Notes: generated by a model from the sequence alone, not told the origin. Positions 18,125-28,070 are shown, counted from the stretch's first letter. The stretch: 64,000 bases of DNA from an uncultured bacterium (GCA_964523735.1 CAZFYZ010000003.1:7170-71169); one strand, 5' to 3'. A program made the numbers and translations.

Positions 18125-18728
18125 ATTGGGCACAAAGCAGGCATTCACGCTGATCGAGCTACTGGTGGTCGTCGCGATCATCGCGATCCTGGCGGCGATT
18201 CTCTTTCCTGTCGTCACCCGCGCAACCTTGAGCGCAAAGGTCGCGCGGGTGCATGTCGAGCTGGAGCAGGTCGGCAACGCAATACGCATGTACTGCGACG
18301 ACTGGCACGGCAAGCCTCCACTCGCCCGCACATACTGCACCGGCACGTCGATGAAGGTCGATGACTACAACGAGCTGCCGCCTGAGCTATACGGGAAGTA
18401 TCTGAGCACGAAGCGCATCTACGACCCGTTCAACCCCGAGCACACCTACAAGTACATCGCGCCGGGGCCAGGGTTTGCCAACGGCAAGAAGACTGTTCTT
18501 GCTATCTGGGTCCCAGAGGACTACCCGACAAGCGAGAAGAACTGTGTCCCCTACTACAAGGCCGACAAGTCCCCGATCAAATGGGCGGTCTGGAGCGTGG
18601 GACCAAGCAAGGGCGCGGATGTGTTCACGTCGGAACAGCGGATGCTGCCGGTGCCCCGAAAGTGGTGGTACCCGTTCAACGAGCAGGGAGTGATTGTGAG
18701 GCTGAGCGATGGCAGGAAATCGCCATAG
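18117..18728 (+). CDS. prepilin-type N-terminal cleavage/methylation domain protein (type IV pilin-like / pseudopilin-like)
   Basis: The AFTLIELLVVVAIIAILAAILFP N-terminal pilin helix is present. The start is TTG and uncertain. Confidence 0.65.
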   Translation: MSRLGTKQAFTLIELLVVVAIIAILAAILFPVVTRATLSAKVARVHVELEQVGNAIRMYCDDWHGKPPLARTYCTGTSMKVDDYNELPPELYGKYLSTKRIYDPFNPEHTYKYIAPGPGFANGKKTVLAIWVPEDYPTSEKNCVPYYKADKSPIKWAVWSVGPSKGADVFTSEQRMLPVPRKWWYPFNEQGVIVRLSDGRKSP

Positions 18729-18762
18729 GATTGCCGCTCCTGTCGAACAACGAAGGTGAAGT

Positions 18763-19356
18763 ATGATAGGTCGAGCTGAGTTCTTCGATTCCTACGCCGA
18801 CAGTTGGGATAGCATGGAGCTTGAGGACATACGCGTGCGGCTGGACCGGGTCGTGCGCGAGTCCGGCATTGCGCCGGAAATGGAGATACTGGACGTCGGC
18901 ACGGGCACGGGCGCCATCATCCCCTCCCTGCTGCAGGCGATGGGCGACACCGGCGGGATACGGGCTATCGATATATCGCCTGGCATGCTGCGAGTGGCGC
19001 GTTCCAAGGGGTTCCCCGATTGCGTCAAGTTCGAGCTTGCTGACATCGAGTGTTTCGAATGCCCGGATGCCTCCTACGACAGCGTAGTCTGCAACGCCGT
19101 CTTCCCGCACTTCACAGACAAGCCACTCGCGCTGGCCAGGATTCGCCGGATGCTGCGCCCTGCCGGGCTGATCGTGATATCTCACCCAACCGGCCGAGCG
19201 GCGGTCAACAAGGTCCACAGCGAGTGCGACTCGGTGGTCACAGAGGATCGCGTGCCGGCGCCCGAGGCAATGGCCCAGATGCTCAGTAAGGCCGGCTTCG
19301 ACGACATTTCCGTTACCGACGAGCCGGAGTTCTACCTGGCGCTGGCCCGCAGATGA
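18763..19356 (+). CDS. class I SAM-dependent methyltransferase
   Basis: The ILDVGTGTGAI motif I is present, with a Methyltransf_11/25-like layout. Confidence 0.85.
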   Translation: MIGRAEFFDSYADSWDSMELEDIRVRLDRVVRESGIAPEMEILDVGTGTGAIIPSLLQAMGDTGGIRAIDISPGMLRVARSKGFPDCVKFELADIECFECPDASYDSVVCNAVFPHFTDKPLALARIRRMLRPAGLIVISHPTGRAAVNKVHSECDSVVTEDRVPAPEAMAQMLSKAGFDDISVTDEPEFYLALARR

Positions 19357-19416
19357 CACGACGGAGTTCGCCCGGAAGTAAGCTGCTGGCGGACCCCCTT
19401 CATCATGCTCTGGTAA

Positions 19417-22400
19417 TCACCACGCGAAGCGGACGGATACTCTCTCTCCGGAGACGATGGTCACCGGCTCATCAAGATGCAGAGTCACTCGGCCGCCATC
19501 AAACGTCTGGGTGGCTGAACCGAGCTTCTGATCGAGCTTGATCTCGAACGATCCGCCCTTGCCAGGGCTTGCGGCCTCCGGCAGAGTCAGCGTCAGGGTC
19601 TTGAGCGCCAGCTTGCCGTATTCGATTGCCAGGGTATTCTCCTGTGATCGCCTGCCGCGCTTCTGCGTGAACAGCCCCCACCCCTCGGCTCCGGTGAAGA
19701 AGCTGGTGTGGTTCTCGGGCGATATAGTGGGGTTGAACTCGATAGCCTGATCGGGACCGCAGTAGCAATAGCCCTGGGCAGCGAGCAGCATCCCCCAGCT
19801 CGCCATTGCTCGTGCGTAGTGATTGGAGCACTCCACCTCGGCCCAAGGGTTGCGCTGGATCGGCCAGCGCGGGACGCCGTTGTAGCGGTCGCTGCAGGCC
19901 TTGACGATCTGGTAGGCCTGGTTGATCTTGCCCTCCTGGATCAGCAGTCCAGCGACTTCGTAGTTGATACCGGTCCAATCCTCAAAGCTGTACATGATCT
20001 CGTTGTCCGGCTTCCCGCCGTATGGCCAGGTGGAGATATATAGGCCAGGCTCTCCCGCTCCGACAAACGCCCTGGGCCACTGGCGGGCCTCGCCGAAGTC
20101 CTTGACCCAGTTGAACTTCATTATCGAGTCCAGCGCAGTGTTGACTCGATCCTTGGGGAGCACGTAGCCGAGGTCCAGCATGGTCGCCCACCACTGGCCA
20201 AGGAGTTGGTCTGCGTGGCAGCCGTTGGCGTAGGGGCGGCTTTCTGCTGAGCTGACATCCGGCCAGTCTTCCAAGAGCCACTCCTTGCCCTTGACATCCT
20301 CCGGCTTGGGCTTGGCCTCGATGTGCTTCCAGTACTCGCCAGTCCACAGCGCTTCGTCCAGGCGCTTGGTCCCGGAGTCATAGACCGCTCTGACATCCTT
20401 GGCGAAGTCCTGATCTCCTACGACCTTGGCCATCTCCTCGGATGCGCGCAGGGCGGCCAGATACATCGCGCCAACGAACGTGTTAGGGCCGGGCATCTGG
20501 CAGTCGTAGGTGTTCCACTGCCAGTTGACTATGACCCCGTCCTTGTTGGGATCGTAGTCCTTGAAGCAGTACTGCATCGCCAGTTTGATGTTCGGCCACA
20601 TTTTCTGAAGCCAAGCCTTGTCGGTGCTCTGCCTGTATTCGCGATAGGCCTTCAGGATCGTGCCCATCTGACCATCGGCAACCGGGCCCTGCTCGCGAGG
20701 TTCGGTGAGTGGGAAGCGGGTTCGATGCCGGATGGCGCCGTCGCTTGTCTCCTGGACGGTGAGGTCGATATTGCGCATGTTGCGCTCGAGGTCCGGGAAG
20801 AGGTGCGCCATCTGCTGCTCGTAGTTCCAGACGTGGTTGCAGTTCATCGGGCAGCAGCCCGCGCCCTCGAACGCGGCGAAGCTGCCGTCCTTGTTCCACA
20901 TGCAGACTGTGCTCACGAGTGTGCTCGACTGGGCGGAGATGCGGTCGAGCATGTAGTAAGGCAGCGTGGTCTTGTAGAACGTGTCGCGGAACTTGCGGGT
21001 GTCTGCCGAGAGAAGCTCATAGTTCTCTGAGAGGTAGCCCGCCGCCTTGGATGCGTCGCTGAACCAGTTGGAGTACATCCGGCCGACGTAGCCCTCGTTG
21101 CCCCCCTGCCAGACGTTGTGCATATTGGGGAAGTGCCACGACCAGATGACGGGGATCGTCACCTTCTGCTTGGGATAGAGCACCACGGGGACCACGACCC
21201 CTGAGTTCCAGGTGCGGCCATCGGCGCTCGGCCCGCCGCCCTGAGACCCGACCATACCAATCTGAGTGAAGTACTTCCAGAGGCTCGTGCAGTCGTCCCA
21301 CTGCTCGATGACGCGACAGTTCTCGTGGCGCGCGCCTATGGCCATAGTCCCGAACTGCCTGGCATCGGGCTGCAGCGATGGATTGGCGAGAAGCACTCCG
21401 CGCAGGCCTGCCTGCGAGAAGACGGTGTTGACATTCCCGCCGTAGTCCTTGTTGCAGTGGCCGGTTATTGCCGAGAGCCCATCGTAACCTACCGCGTTCT
21501 GGAGGGCCGAGAGAAGGCATATCTCGACGGGGACCCCGACCTTGTTCTCGATCGTGAACTCGAAGACAGCGGCGGGAATGGCGGAGTCCTTGGAGTTCAT
21601 CGGGATGTGCGGCGAGAAAGCCCGCATGCTGACCTTGACCGGCAGCGCCTTGTCATAGTACCTGAGTTCGGCAATGGGGTACTCACCCACGAACTCTACG
21701 GCTTTGACAGGCGGAGGCGCGGCAGGACAGACGGCTGTCTTGATTTCGCCACCCTTGCTGTCCGTCTTCCCAGGTTCGCACGAGACGCCCGGAGGGCAGC
21801 AAGGCCCGCCTGATTCGCCGACCGCACCGATGAGCGGCGACTGCTGCAGCAGCCTGACGACAGGCTTCTTGCCCGGCGTGCGAGTCCGGATCGCGAAGAA
21901 GCTGTCCGGGACGACGCACGCCTCATTCACCTGATTGAAGATGCACCACTGCCGGACGGCGCCATCGCCGCAGATCGAGACGTGCCCTGCGCCTATGCCA
22001 CCGAGAGGGAAGGCCACGTCTTTGAGCGACTCGCCCTTGTAGACTATGCGCTTGGAGGGCGCCGTGACTGACGCCATCCACCGCTCATACTTCTTAGCTT
22101 CATCGGCAGCCTCTCTGGCTCGCACGCGCTCCTCCGCAGGGGTCATCTCGCGGACGTCATCGACGTTGATGTGACCCCATCCGCCAGTGTTGCTGTCCAC
22201 GACCTTGATGTAAACTCTCTGGCCCTTGAGCTTGCTGACGTCCCAGTAGCGGCGGGCCATCTCTTCGCGGTCCCTGCCGGTCTCGCGGGCGATCTCGGAG
22301 TTGTCCGTGGCTTTGTAGAGCGCGACGTAGCAGGTGTCCGGGTGGTTGCCGCCGCCGACCAGCAGCGAGATCGTGTCCGCCTGAATCGTGAAGACCGGAG

Positions 22401-22668
22401 ACTTGAGCACGATGGTGGGCTCGTCGCCCTTCGGGTTCTCGTAGAGGCCGATGAAGTACTTGCCCTGCTGGCTGAAGCTCACGTTAGCCCGGGCCGTCGT
22501 GGGACCAGTCGGCAGCGTACCGGCCTGGCCGGACTCAATGGTCCAGCCCTGCAGCGTGCCATCCTCGAAGTCGAATCGGGTCAAGCTGTCTGCGGCAAGC
22601 ATCGGGCAGGATAATGCGGCAATCACAGTCATGCAGCAGAGTGTGGCGATCAAGCGGGTGTTCGGCAT
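19417..22668 (-). CDS. secreted glycoside hydrolase, GH116-like (GBA2/beta-glucosidase type) with extra N-terminal beta-sandwich domain
   Basis: Signal peptide present. A central FSPHIPMNSKDSAIPAAVFEFTIEN-type N-domain is followed by a C-terminal (alpha/alpha)6-like region (NCNHVWNYEQQ...YANGCHADQLLGQWW). The family assignment is from memory of GH116 motifs. Confidence 0.6.
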   Translation of the reverse strand: MPNTRLIATLCCMTVIAALSCPMLAADSLTRFDFEDGTLQGWTIESGQAGTLPTGPTTARANVSFSQQGKYFIGLYENPKGDEPTIVLKSPVFTIQADTISLLVGGGNHPDTCYVALYKATDNSEIARETGRDREEMARRYWDVSKLKGQRVYIKVVDSNTGGWGHINVDDVREMTPAEERVRAREAADEAKKYERWMASVTAPSKRIVYKGESLKDVAFPLGGIGAGHVSICGDGAVRQWCIFNQVNEACVVPDSFFAIRTRTPGKKPVVRLLQQSPLIGAVGESGGPCCPPGVSCEPGKTDSKGGEIKTAVCPAAPPPVKAVEFVGEYPIAELRYYDKALPVKVSMRAFSPHIPMNSKDSAIPAAVFEFTIENKVGVPVEICLLSALQNAVGYDGLSAITGHCNKDYGGNVNTVFSQAGLRGVLLANPSLQPDARQFGTMAIGARHENCRVIEQWDDCTSLWKYFTQIGMVGSQGGGPSADGRTWNSGVVVPVVLYPKQKVTIPVIWSWHFPNMHNVWQGGNEGYVGRMYSNWFSDASKAAGYLSENYELLSADTRKFRDTFYKTTLPYYMLDRISAQSSTLVSTVCMWNKDGSFAAFEGAGCCPMNCNHVWNYEQQMAHLFPDLERNMRNIDLTVQETSDGAIRHRTRFPLTEPREQGPVADGQMGTILKAYREYRQSTDKAWLQKMWPNIKLAMQYCFKDYDPNKDGVIVNWQWNTYDCQMPGPNTFVGAMYLAALRASEEMAKVVGDQDFAKDVRAVYDSGTKRLDEALWTGEYWKHIEAKPKPEDVKGKEWLLEDWPDVSSAESRPYANGCHADQLLGQWWATMLDLGYVLPKDRVNTALDSIMKFNWVKDFGEARQWPRAFVGAGEPGLYISTWPYGGKPDNEIMYSFEDWTGINYEVAGLLIQEGKINQAYQIVKACSDRYNGVPRWPIQRNPWAEVECSNHYARAMASWGMLLAAQGYCYCGPDQAIEFNPTISPENHTSFFTGAEGWGLFTQKRGRRSQENTLAIEYGKLALKTLTLTLPEAASPGKGGSFEIKLDQKLGSATQTFDGGRVTLHLDEPVTIVSGERVSVRFAW

Positions 22669-22698
22669 CTAGTATCCTCTCCTGGATGGGTTGAGCGG

Positions 22699-23997
22699 TC
22701 ACTTATCGAGCGGGAAGTCCCACGCGACGGACTTAGGGGACTTCCGCGCGTTGAGCACGGTCTTCTTGAGTGCAGCCTGGCGTCTGGCCGGCGCCGGGGC
22801 CGGCTTGGAGACAGCCACGGTCGATGGGCGCTTGCCGGTTGTCGCGATCTTCGGTGACGCGGGGCGCCGAGGCTGGGTGATCTTCTTCGGCCTGACGTCC
22901 ATGCTGACTCCGCCGCAGCTCTGCATCACTATCACGAGCGAGGCCTTGCCATCGGGGGTCTCTCGCTCCTCGGTGACACGGTTGACATTAGTGAGGCCGA
23001 GCACCTGGCGGCTGACGGGCGAGACGGCCACTCTGTGCGACTTGAGCAGGTACGTGAGGCCCTTGCACTGAGCGCCGTTGTCTTTCATCATCCTGGCAAG
23101 GGCGACGAACCTGAATAGCCCCTGCAGCTCTCTGTAGATCGGGCGCTTGTGGGCGATCTTGTCGTAGTAGGCTCCGAAGCTCTGCGCGAACCGGCCCGCC
23201 AGCTCATCCGGTCTGCCCATACCCGCGATCTGGCCCTGCGTGGTGAGGAACTCGGCCTCGGTTAGGAGCTTCACGCGGCAGGAGCGCAGAGACATCACGC
23301 CGCCGTCCTCGTCGTAGGTAGTCTCGCCCGGGCTGAACCAGAAGCGGTTGAGCGACTGGCCGGGGTCGGTAAACTTGCCCCCGCTCTTGAGCTCTTCGCG
23401 CGTCTCATCGGCTTTGAGGTCGGAGAGGCTGACGAAGCCCGGTATATCGAGCTGGACGGTGCCATTCACGAGCCGCTTCATGTAGTAGTCCGCGTCGAGC
23501 ATAACCTTGGCGAAGCGGCTGTCGAAGGGGACACCCATCACTCGCACGTTCTGTGGACTGCGGCCAGCCCGACTCCAATCGGCCTCGATATCCTCCATAC
23601 GGTTGCCGGGGCCGCCGGTGCGCATACGGTCGCCAATGTTCCGAAGCTCCTGGATGACGGCGGGGTCGGGATCGATCGAGCAGCCGGGGGCTGAGTAGTA
23701 TCGAACCTGGCCGCGGGTTTTGGCATACACTGCCCATACATTCCTGAGGGCTACTGCGAAGTCATCGAGTTGAAGTGCGGGAAGCGAGGGATCCACCTTG
23801 CCGATCACGATCACGTCTCGGCTCGCGTTGTCCTCGAGGAACCCGCGCACCTCGGTTATGCCACAGAGCTTGGAGACGCTCGTCCCCTGGCCACTCTGGC
23901 AGGCAGTGGCGAGGGCGTTGAGGGAGATCGCTCGACCGGTGGCCGCGTGGGCTGCGCCCAATGGGACGAGCGCGAAAGTCGCCAGCAGCGCAATGAC
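22699..23997 (-). CDS. secreted hypothetical protein (paralog 1 of tandem pair; possibly DUF1598-like)
   Basis: I propose a GTG start near 23997 so the signal peptide aligns with the paralog (…ALLATFALVPLGAAHAATGRAISLNALA). The ORF-track ATG at 24186 would overlap the upstream paralog by 130 nt. Confidence 0.6.
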   Translation of the reverse strand, partial: VIALLATFALVPLGAAHAATGRAISLNALATACQSGQGTSVSKLCGITEVRGFLEDNASRDVIVIGKVDPSLPALQLDDFAVALRNVWAVYAKTRGQVRYYSAPGCSIDPDPAVIQELRNIGDRMRTGGPGNRMEDIEADWSRAGRSPQNVRVMGVPFDSRFAKVMLDADYYMKRLVNGTVQLDIPGFVSLSDLKADETREELKSGGKFTDPGQSLNRFWFSPGETTYDEDGGVMSLRSCRVKLLTEAEFLTTQGQIAGMGRPDELAGRFAQSFGAYYDKIAHKRPIYRELQGLFRFVALARMMKDNGAQCKGLTYLLKSHRVAVSPVSRQVLGLTNVNRVTEERETPDGKASLVIVMQSCGGVSMDVRPKKITQPRRPASPKIATTGKRPSTVAVSKPAPAPARRQAALKKTVLNARKSPKSVAWDFPLDK

Positions 23998-24055
23998 GCG
24001 CCACCCACAGCAGATCGGAGCCTTTGTTGGGTAGTGGGGTGCTCTCAAGCTCTCA

Positions 24056-25303
24056 CTATTCCAGTTCGAAGTCCCACCAGATCGCTCCGGCGGGCTTTCG
24101 GGCCTTGAGTACGATCCTCTTGAGCGACGCAAACTCGGCTGGGGCGCTGACCTTCCTGGGATTGACGTCCACAAGGACTCCGCCACAGCACTGCACGGTC
24201 AGGGTAGTCGTGACCAGCCCTTCGTCCGTTGTGCGCTGCTCACTTACACGCTTCACGTTCGTGAGGCCGTTCACCTGCCTGTCCACGGTCGTAGTTGCGA
24301 TCTTGTGAGAGTTGAGCAGATAGTCGAGACCTTTGCATTGGGCGCCACGCTCTTTGAGGAGTTGAGCGATAGCAGCGTGGCGGAAGAGGCTCCGCAGTTC
24401 CAGGTAGATGGGATAGCGCGCGGCAATCTGCTCGTAGTTGACCTCGAAGCTGCGGGCAAACCTCTCGGCAAACGGATCGGGCTGACCGGAGTGGCCGACC
24501 CCCTGCTCGGTAAGGTGTTCGTACTCGGTAAGCAGCCTGATCTGGCACGACAACAGGGAGATCGCGCCATCCGATGCGCAGTATGTGGTTTCGCCGGAAT
24601 CGAACCAGAACCGGGTAAGCGACTGCCCCAGACTCTCGAAAGAGCCGCCCTCTCTGATCTCCTGGCGCACCTTGTCGGCCTTCATATCCGCCACACTCCG
24701 GAAGCCCGGGATATCCAAGGCAGCGGAGCCATTCACGAGCCTCTTCAGGTGATAGTCCGCTTCAACCATAGTCTTCGCGAACCGGGTATCGCGAGGGATG
24801 CCCATCACACGCACGCTCTGGCGCGATTCACCTGTACGGTTCCATTCCGCCAAGCACTCTTCGATTTCCCCCTGCGAACCGCCCTCGCTGACCTGTTGAC
24901 TGATCCTCTGGAGCTTCTTGAGGATCTCAGGGTTGGGGTCGATAGAGCAGCCTGGGCAGGAGTAGTAGCGCGTGTCATCGAGCACCTCGGCGTAGACAAC
25001 CCAGGCGTTGCGGAGGGCGACTGAAAGGTCATCCAGATAGACCGGCGGCAGAGAGGCGTTAACGCGGCCGATCACGATGATGTCGCGGTTGAAGTCGTCG
25101 TAGACATAGCCCTGCAGCTCGGTGATACCGCAGAGCTGACTGACGCTGGCGCCCTGGCCGTTCTCGCACGCCGCGGCAAGCGCGTTGAGGGACACCGCCC
25201 GGCCTGTCGCTGCACTCACGGCAGAAGCCAATCCGATCAGCGCAACCGAGACGGCAAGAGCCCGCACCGGCGAAGCCAGCCGGCGCAAAAGCCTTGTTGT
25301 CAT
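24056..25303 (-). CDS. secreted hypothetical protein (paralog 2; possibly DUF1598-like)
   Basis: Signal peptide present. It is co-linear with 22699-23997 at about 55-60% identity. Confidence 0.7.
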   Translation of the reverse strand: MTTRLLRRLASPVRALAVSVALIGLASAVSAATGRAVSLNALAAACENGQGASVSQLCGITELQGYVYDDFNRDIIVIGRVNASLPPVYLDDLSVALRNAWVVYAEVLDDTRYYSCPGCSIDPNPEILKKLQRISQQVSEGGSQGEIEECLAEWNRTGESRQSVRVMGIPRDTRFAKTMVEADYHLKRLVNGSAALDIPGFRSVADMKADKVRQEIREGGSFESLGQSLTRFWFDSGETTYCASDGAISLLSCQIRLLTEYEHLTEQGVGHSGQPDPFAERFARSFEVNYEQIAARYPIYLELRSLFRHAAIAQLLKERGAQCKGLDYLLNSHKIATTTVDRQVNGLTNVKRVSEQRTTDEGLVTTTLTVQCCGGVLVDVNPRKVSAPAEFASLKRIVLKARKPAGAIWWDFELE

Positions 25304-25467
25304 GACCCTTTCCTCTCAACAAGCGTGGGCGGTCCTGCCTGAATCGCGCACCTTAAAGAGCCTGCTCGCTATTCGCATTATAGCAGCAGTTTCGGCGTAT
25401 GGGCAAAGGTTGGGCTAGTTTCTTGGCGCAGAACCGCTGGGTTCGTTGAGAGTTTGGGAGCTGAGTT

Positions 25468-26589
25468 CTAAGCACTGGCGCCGTATTTGCTCACCCACTC
25501 CCTCGCCTCATCTTCGGTCGAGGCAGAGCCGATGAGGATGATTCCCTCGGGACTGCCCACTTGCTCAACTACAGTGTCGAGGAGATGGATGTCACCGAAG
25601 AGCTGGATGAGCTTGCCGGCACTGCGGATCTTGCGGTAGACCTCCGGCCACTCGCTGCAGTCCGCCGCGCCCGCGCCTGGCACCCACTGGATGCCTTTCA
25701 TATCTGGGATAGAGAGCAGCGAGTCCAGATGCGGTAACTGCCCCGCTCCGTCCAGGTGATAGAACCCATTGCCCAATCGTTGAGCGGTGGCCGCGAGTTC
25801 GGGCATAACAAACTCATCGAACATCTGCGGCCCGATCATGTAGGCGAAGTCGCACTGGAGCATGTAGTAGGGCGTCTCTGAGAAGATGGGCGTCCAAGCC
25901 GTATAGGCCGGGTTTGTGGGCCGCAGGACAGCGTCTATTTCCTCAAAGTAGCGCCACCACAGCTCGTGCAGATCCCACGTGCGCTGCTTGACTTCCTGTG
26001 GGTGGTCGTAGAGGTCCGTCAAGAGCCCCTCGCACGGGCGGAAAGTGGAGAGTATGTCCAACGCCCCGCCCAAATCGGTCATGCCCACCTGCACGAGTCC
26101 CTGCCATCGCTCCGTCGCCGCCCGGCAAAGGTCCTTGATGCGCAGGAACCATCGGTTGTCGGGGTCGTACTGCAGACGCAGCTCCCCGACCTCCACGACC
26201 TGCTGTGGCTGAAACCAGACCGTATGCTCGGAGGTCTCCAGGTTAGCTCCCATGAACGCCGCCGCAACTCCGGGGCCGAAGTTCGGCCAGATGGCAGGGA
26301 AAGCATCGCCGAAGTATCTGACGCTTGAGAGCTGCCAGTCCCAGTGATCGACCACGTCCTCGGCAGAGATCGAGAAGTCATACTCGGCGTCGAACCCCAC
26401 CTCGTGAACAGTCGGTTCGGTCCTGCCCGGGTCACAGCCGTAGACCCTTACCTGCACAAGAGGCCGATCTAGTTCGCCCGCCCACCAGTCGGCCGCGTCC
26501 GCCCTGATCTTCTCCCAACGGTCTCTACAGAACTGTATGCTCATACCGTCATTCTGGCATACACAAGCCGGACCGTCAAGGGCAAACAA
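25468..26589 (-). CDS. uroporphyrinogen-decarboxylase-like (URO-D/MtaA-family fold) protein
   Basis: It has the overall URO-D_like pattern, with a C-terminal (F)YHLDGAG...GIQWV region. The assignment is tentative. The start is TTG 26589 or ATG 26544. Confidence 0.45.
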   Translation of the reverse strand: MFALDGPACVCQNDGMSIQFCRDRWEKIRADAADWWAGELDRPLVQVRVYGCDPGRTEPTVHEVGFDAEYDFSISAEDVVDHWDWQLSSVRYFGDAFPAIWPNFGPGVAAAFMGANLETSEHTVWFQPQQVVEVGELRLQYDPDNRWFLRIKDLCRAATERWQGLVQVGMTDLGGALDILSTFRPCEGLLTDLYDHPQEVKQRTWDLHELWWRYFEEIDAVLRPTNPAYTAWTPIFSETPYYMLQCDFAYMIGPQMFDEFVMPELAATAQRLGNGFYHLDGAGQLPHLDSLLSIPDMKGIQWVPGAGAADCSEWPEVYRKIRSAGKLIQLFGDIHLLDTVVEQVGSPEGIILIGSASTEDEAREWVSKYGASA

Positions 26590-26592
26590 CAG

Positions 26593-26631
26593 GCATCTCC
26601 AGACGGGGCTTGCCGTGCGGGAGATGCCTGA
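26593..26631 (-). terminator. intrinsic terminator hairpin (10-bp perfect stem AGGCATCTCC/GGAGATGCCT) followed by a U-rich tract on the minus strand
   Basis: It lies directly downstream of the minus-strand gene 26646-27038. Confidence 0.5.
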
Positions 26632-26645
26632 TTGGTTGTTGTTCG

Positions 26646-27038
26646 CTAGCCGTTTGGTCCAAAGGCACGTTCGAGTGCTTTGCCATTTGCGAACACTCGT
26701 CCATCCTGGGTGAGCGTGCCATCTACCAGAACGACCTGGTCACCGTCCCAGGCGTAGGTTCTGACCAGCATTCCTACCGCGATGCCAGGCACAGGCCCGG
26801 GCGGCACGTTGGTAAGGTAGACCGGTCGCCCCGTCGAGGCTGGTGCGCGTACTATGAGATCTGTCTGGGTGGTTGTGCGCTGTACGGGTCCTTCCCAGGA
26901 CGTCTTCCAGTAGCAGTCCGCGACCAGGGTGATAACCTGACCCGGACCGTTAGCCGCTACCAGTGTTAAGGCGATGGCGCCCACAACATACCAGCGGCTC
27001 TTAGCGATATATGTGATGCTCTTCTTGAGAGCTAGCAT
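26646..27038 (-). CDS. small membrane-anchored hypothetical protein
   Basis: N-terminal TM helix SRWYVVGAIALTLVAA. No family was recognised. Confidence 0.5.
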   Translation of the reverse strand: MLALKKSITYIAKSRWYVVGAIALTLVAANGPGQVITLVADCYWKTSWEGPVQRTTTQTDLIVRAPASTGRPVYLTNVPPGPVPGIAVGMLVRTYAWDGDQVVLVDGTLTQDGRVFANGKALERAFGPNG

Positions 27039-27185
27039 ATTGCCGTCCTCCCGATAGGTTCGCTTTCTGCCTCACAGAGTACTTGCCCATCGCCATGAAC
27101 CCGTCACACATTACGAACACGAATTGTGACGAATCGCGGGGTCTATCAGGACGGTGAAGAGACTGCTATCTCGGCGCTCGAGAAG

Positions 27186-27214
27186 TTGACACCCGCCTGC
27201 GCTACTGATAGAAT
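27186..27214 (+). promoter_or_regulatory. consensus sigma70 promoter TTGACA-17 nt-TAGAAT
   Basis: TTGACA at 27186-27191 and TAGAAT at 27209-27214. It drives the ~195-nt transcript listed as the next feature. Confidence 0.6.
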
Positions 27215-27220
27215 GATGAT

Positions 27221-27416
27221 GGAGCTGACGCTCCACAAGAAACAAACGATGACGATAACGAACTGCACAACCAGGTTGAACGCAGCGTTCGATTACCTTG
27301 AATCGAGGGCGCATAGTCTGCGCATGCTTGAAGACGGCATGTGCATAGCGCAACACTTCTTCATCGGGAGAGACGTCTAGAGCCCACTGCGACCGCGTGT
27401 CGTAGTGGGCTTTTTT
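27221..27416 (+). ncRNA. candidate ~195-nt small RNA or cis-regulatory leader ending in a strong intrinsic terminator
   Basis: The region lies between the consensus promoter and the terminator (12-bp stem GCCCACTGCGAC/GTCGTAGTGGGC, loop CGCGT, then TTTTTTGTT at 27381-27416). The only internal ORFs use rare codons (ata, aca, agg, ttg, caa) and lack an SD. It sits immediately upstream of the HNH gene. Confidence 0.5.
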
Positions 27417-27450
27417 GTTAGCGGATAGCCTTACGGAGCATCCAAAGAGC

Positions 27451-28017
27451 GTGAATCACGAAGTCCTGGTACTGAATAGCGATTATGAGCCGCTGAATAT
27501 CTGCAACATCCGGCGCGCGATGAACCTCGTCTTTATGGGGAAGGTGGACATTCTCCACGAGGACTCGATCGTGCTGCACTCGGTGTCGCGTGAGTTCCGT
27601 TCGCCCTCGGTGGTCAGGCTGAAGAGCTATATCAGACGGCCGAGGCCGGAGTTGAGGCTCTCCAGGCGAAGCATTCTCGCCAGGGACAACTATACCTGCC
27701 AGTACTGCGGCCACTCGGGACACGACCTGACAGTGGACCATGTCATCCCACGCCGCTTCGGCGGGCCTACGAGCTGGGACAACCTGGTGTGCTGCTGCAA
27801 GCGCTGCAACACGAAGAAGGGCGACAAGACGCTGTCTCAGATCGGATTTGCGCTGCGTGTGCCGCCTCGCAAGCCGCGTTACGTGCCGTTTATCAGCCTG
27901 ACCAAGTTCATCTCCGGCGCACGCAATGAGGTGTGGCGGGATTACCTGCCAATATTCATCAGCGCCAGCGATTCCTACTCAGCCAAGCGTGATATGGTTG
28001 GGCACGGCGCCGGCTGA
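27451..28017 (+). CDS. HNH endonuclease
   Basis: HNH motif CQYCGHSGHDLTVDHVIPRRFGG...WDNLVCCCKRCNTKKGDK. The ORF-track start at 27415 is a TTG inside the terminator U-run. I propose GTG 27451 (VNHEVLVLN…), which matches the usual N-terminus of this family. Confidence 0.75.
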   Translation: MNHEVLVLNSDYEPLNICNIRRAMNLVFMGKVDILHEDSIVLHSVSREFRSPSVVRLKSYIRRPRPELRLSRRSILARDNYTCQYCGHSGHDLTVDHVIPRRFGGPTSWDNLVCCCKRCNTKKGDKTLSQIGFALRVPPRKPRYVPFISLTKFISGARNEVWRDYLPIFISASDSYSAKRDMVGHGAG

Positions 28018-28041
28018 AGCTCAAGCTCCGCCAAGTTGGGC

Positions 28042-28070
28042 TTGACTTCTGGAACGTGAGACAGTATAAT
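28042..28070 (+). promoter_or_regulatory. consensus sigma70 promoter TTGACT-17 nt-TATAAT with ~215-nt 5'UTR before carD
   Basis: TTGACT at 28042-28047 and TATAAT at 28065-28070. Confidence 0.55.

Noticed and set aside
27126-27380. 84-aa ORF overlapping the promoter and sRNA region
   Set aside because: It begins upstream of the -35 box. The internal part uses codons rare for this genome (ata, aca, agg, ttg) and has no SD. It is better explained as non-coding.
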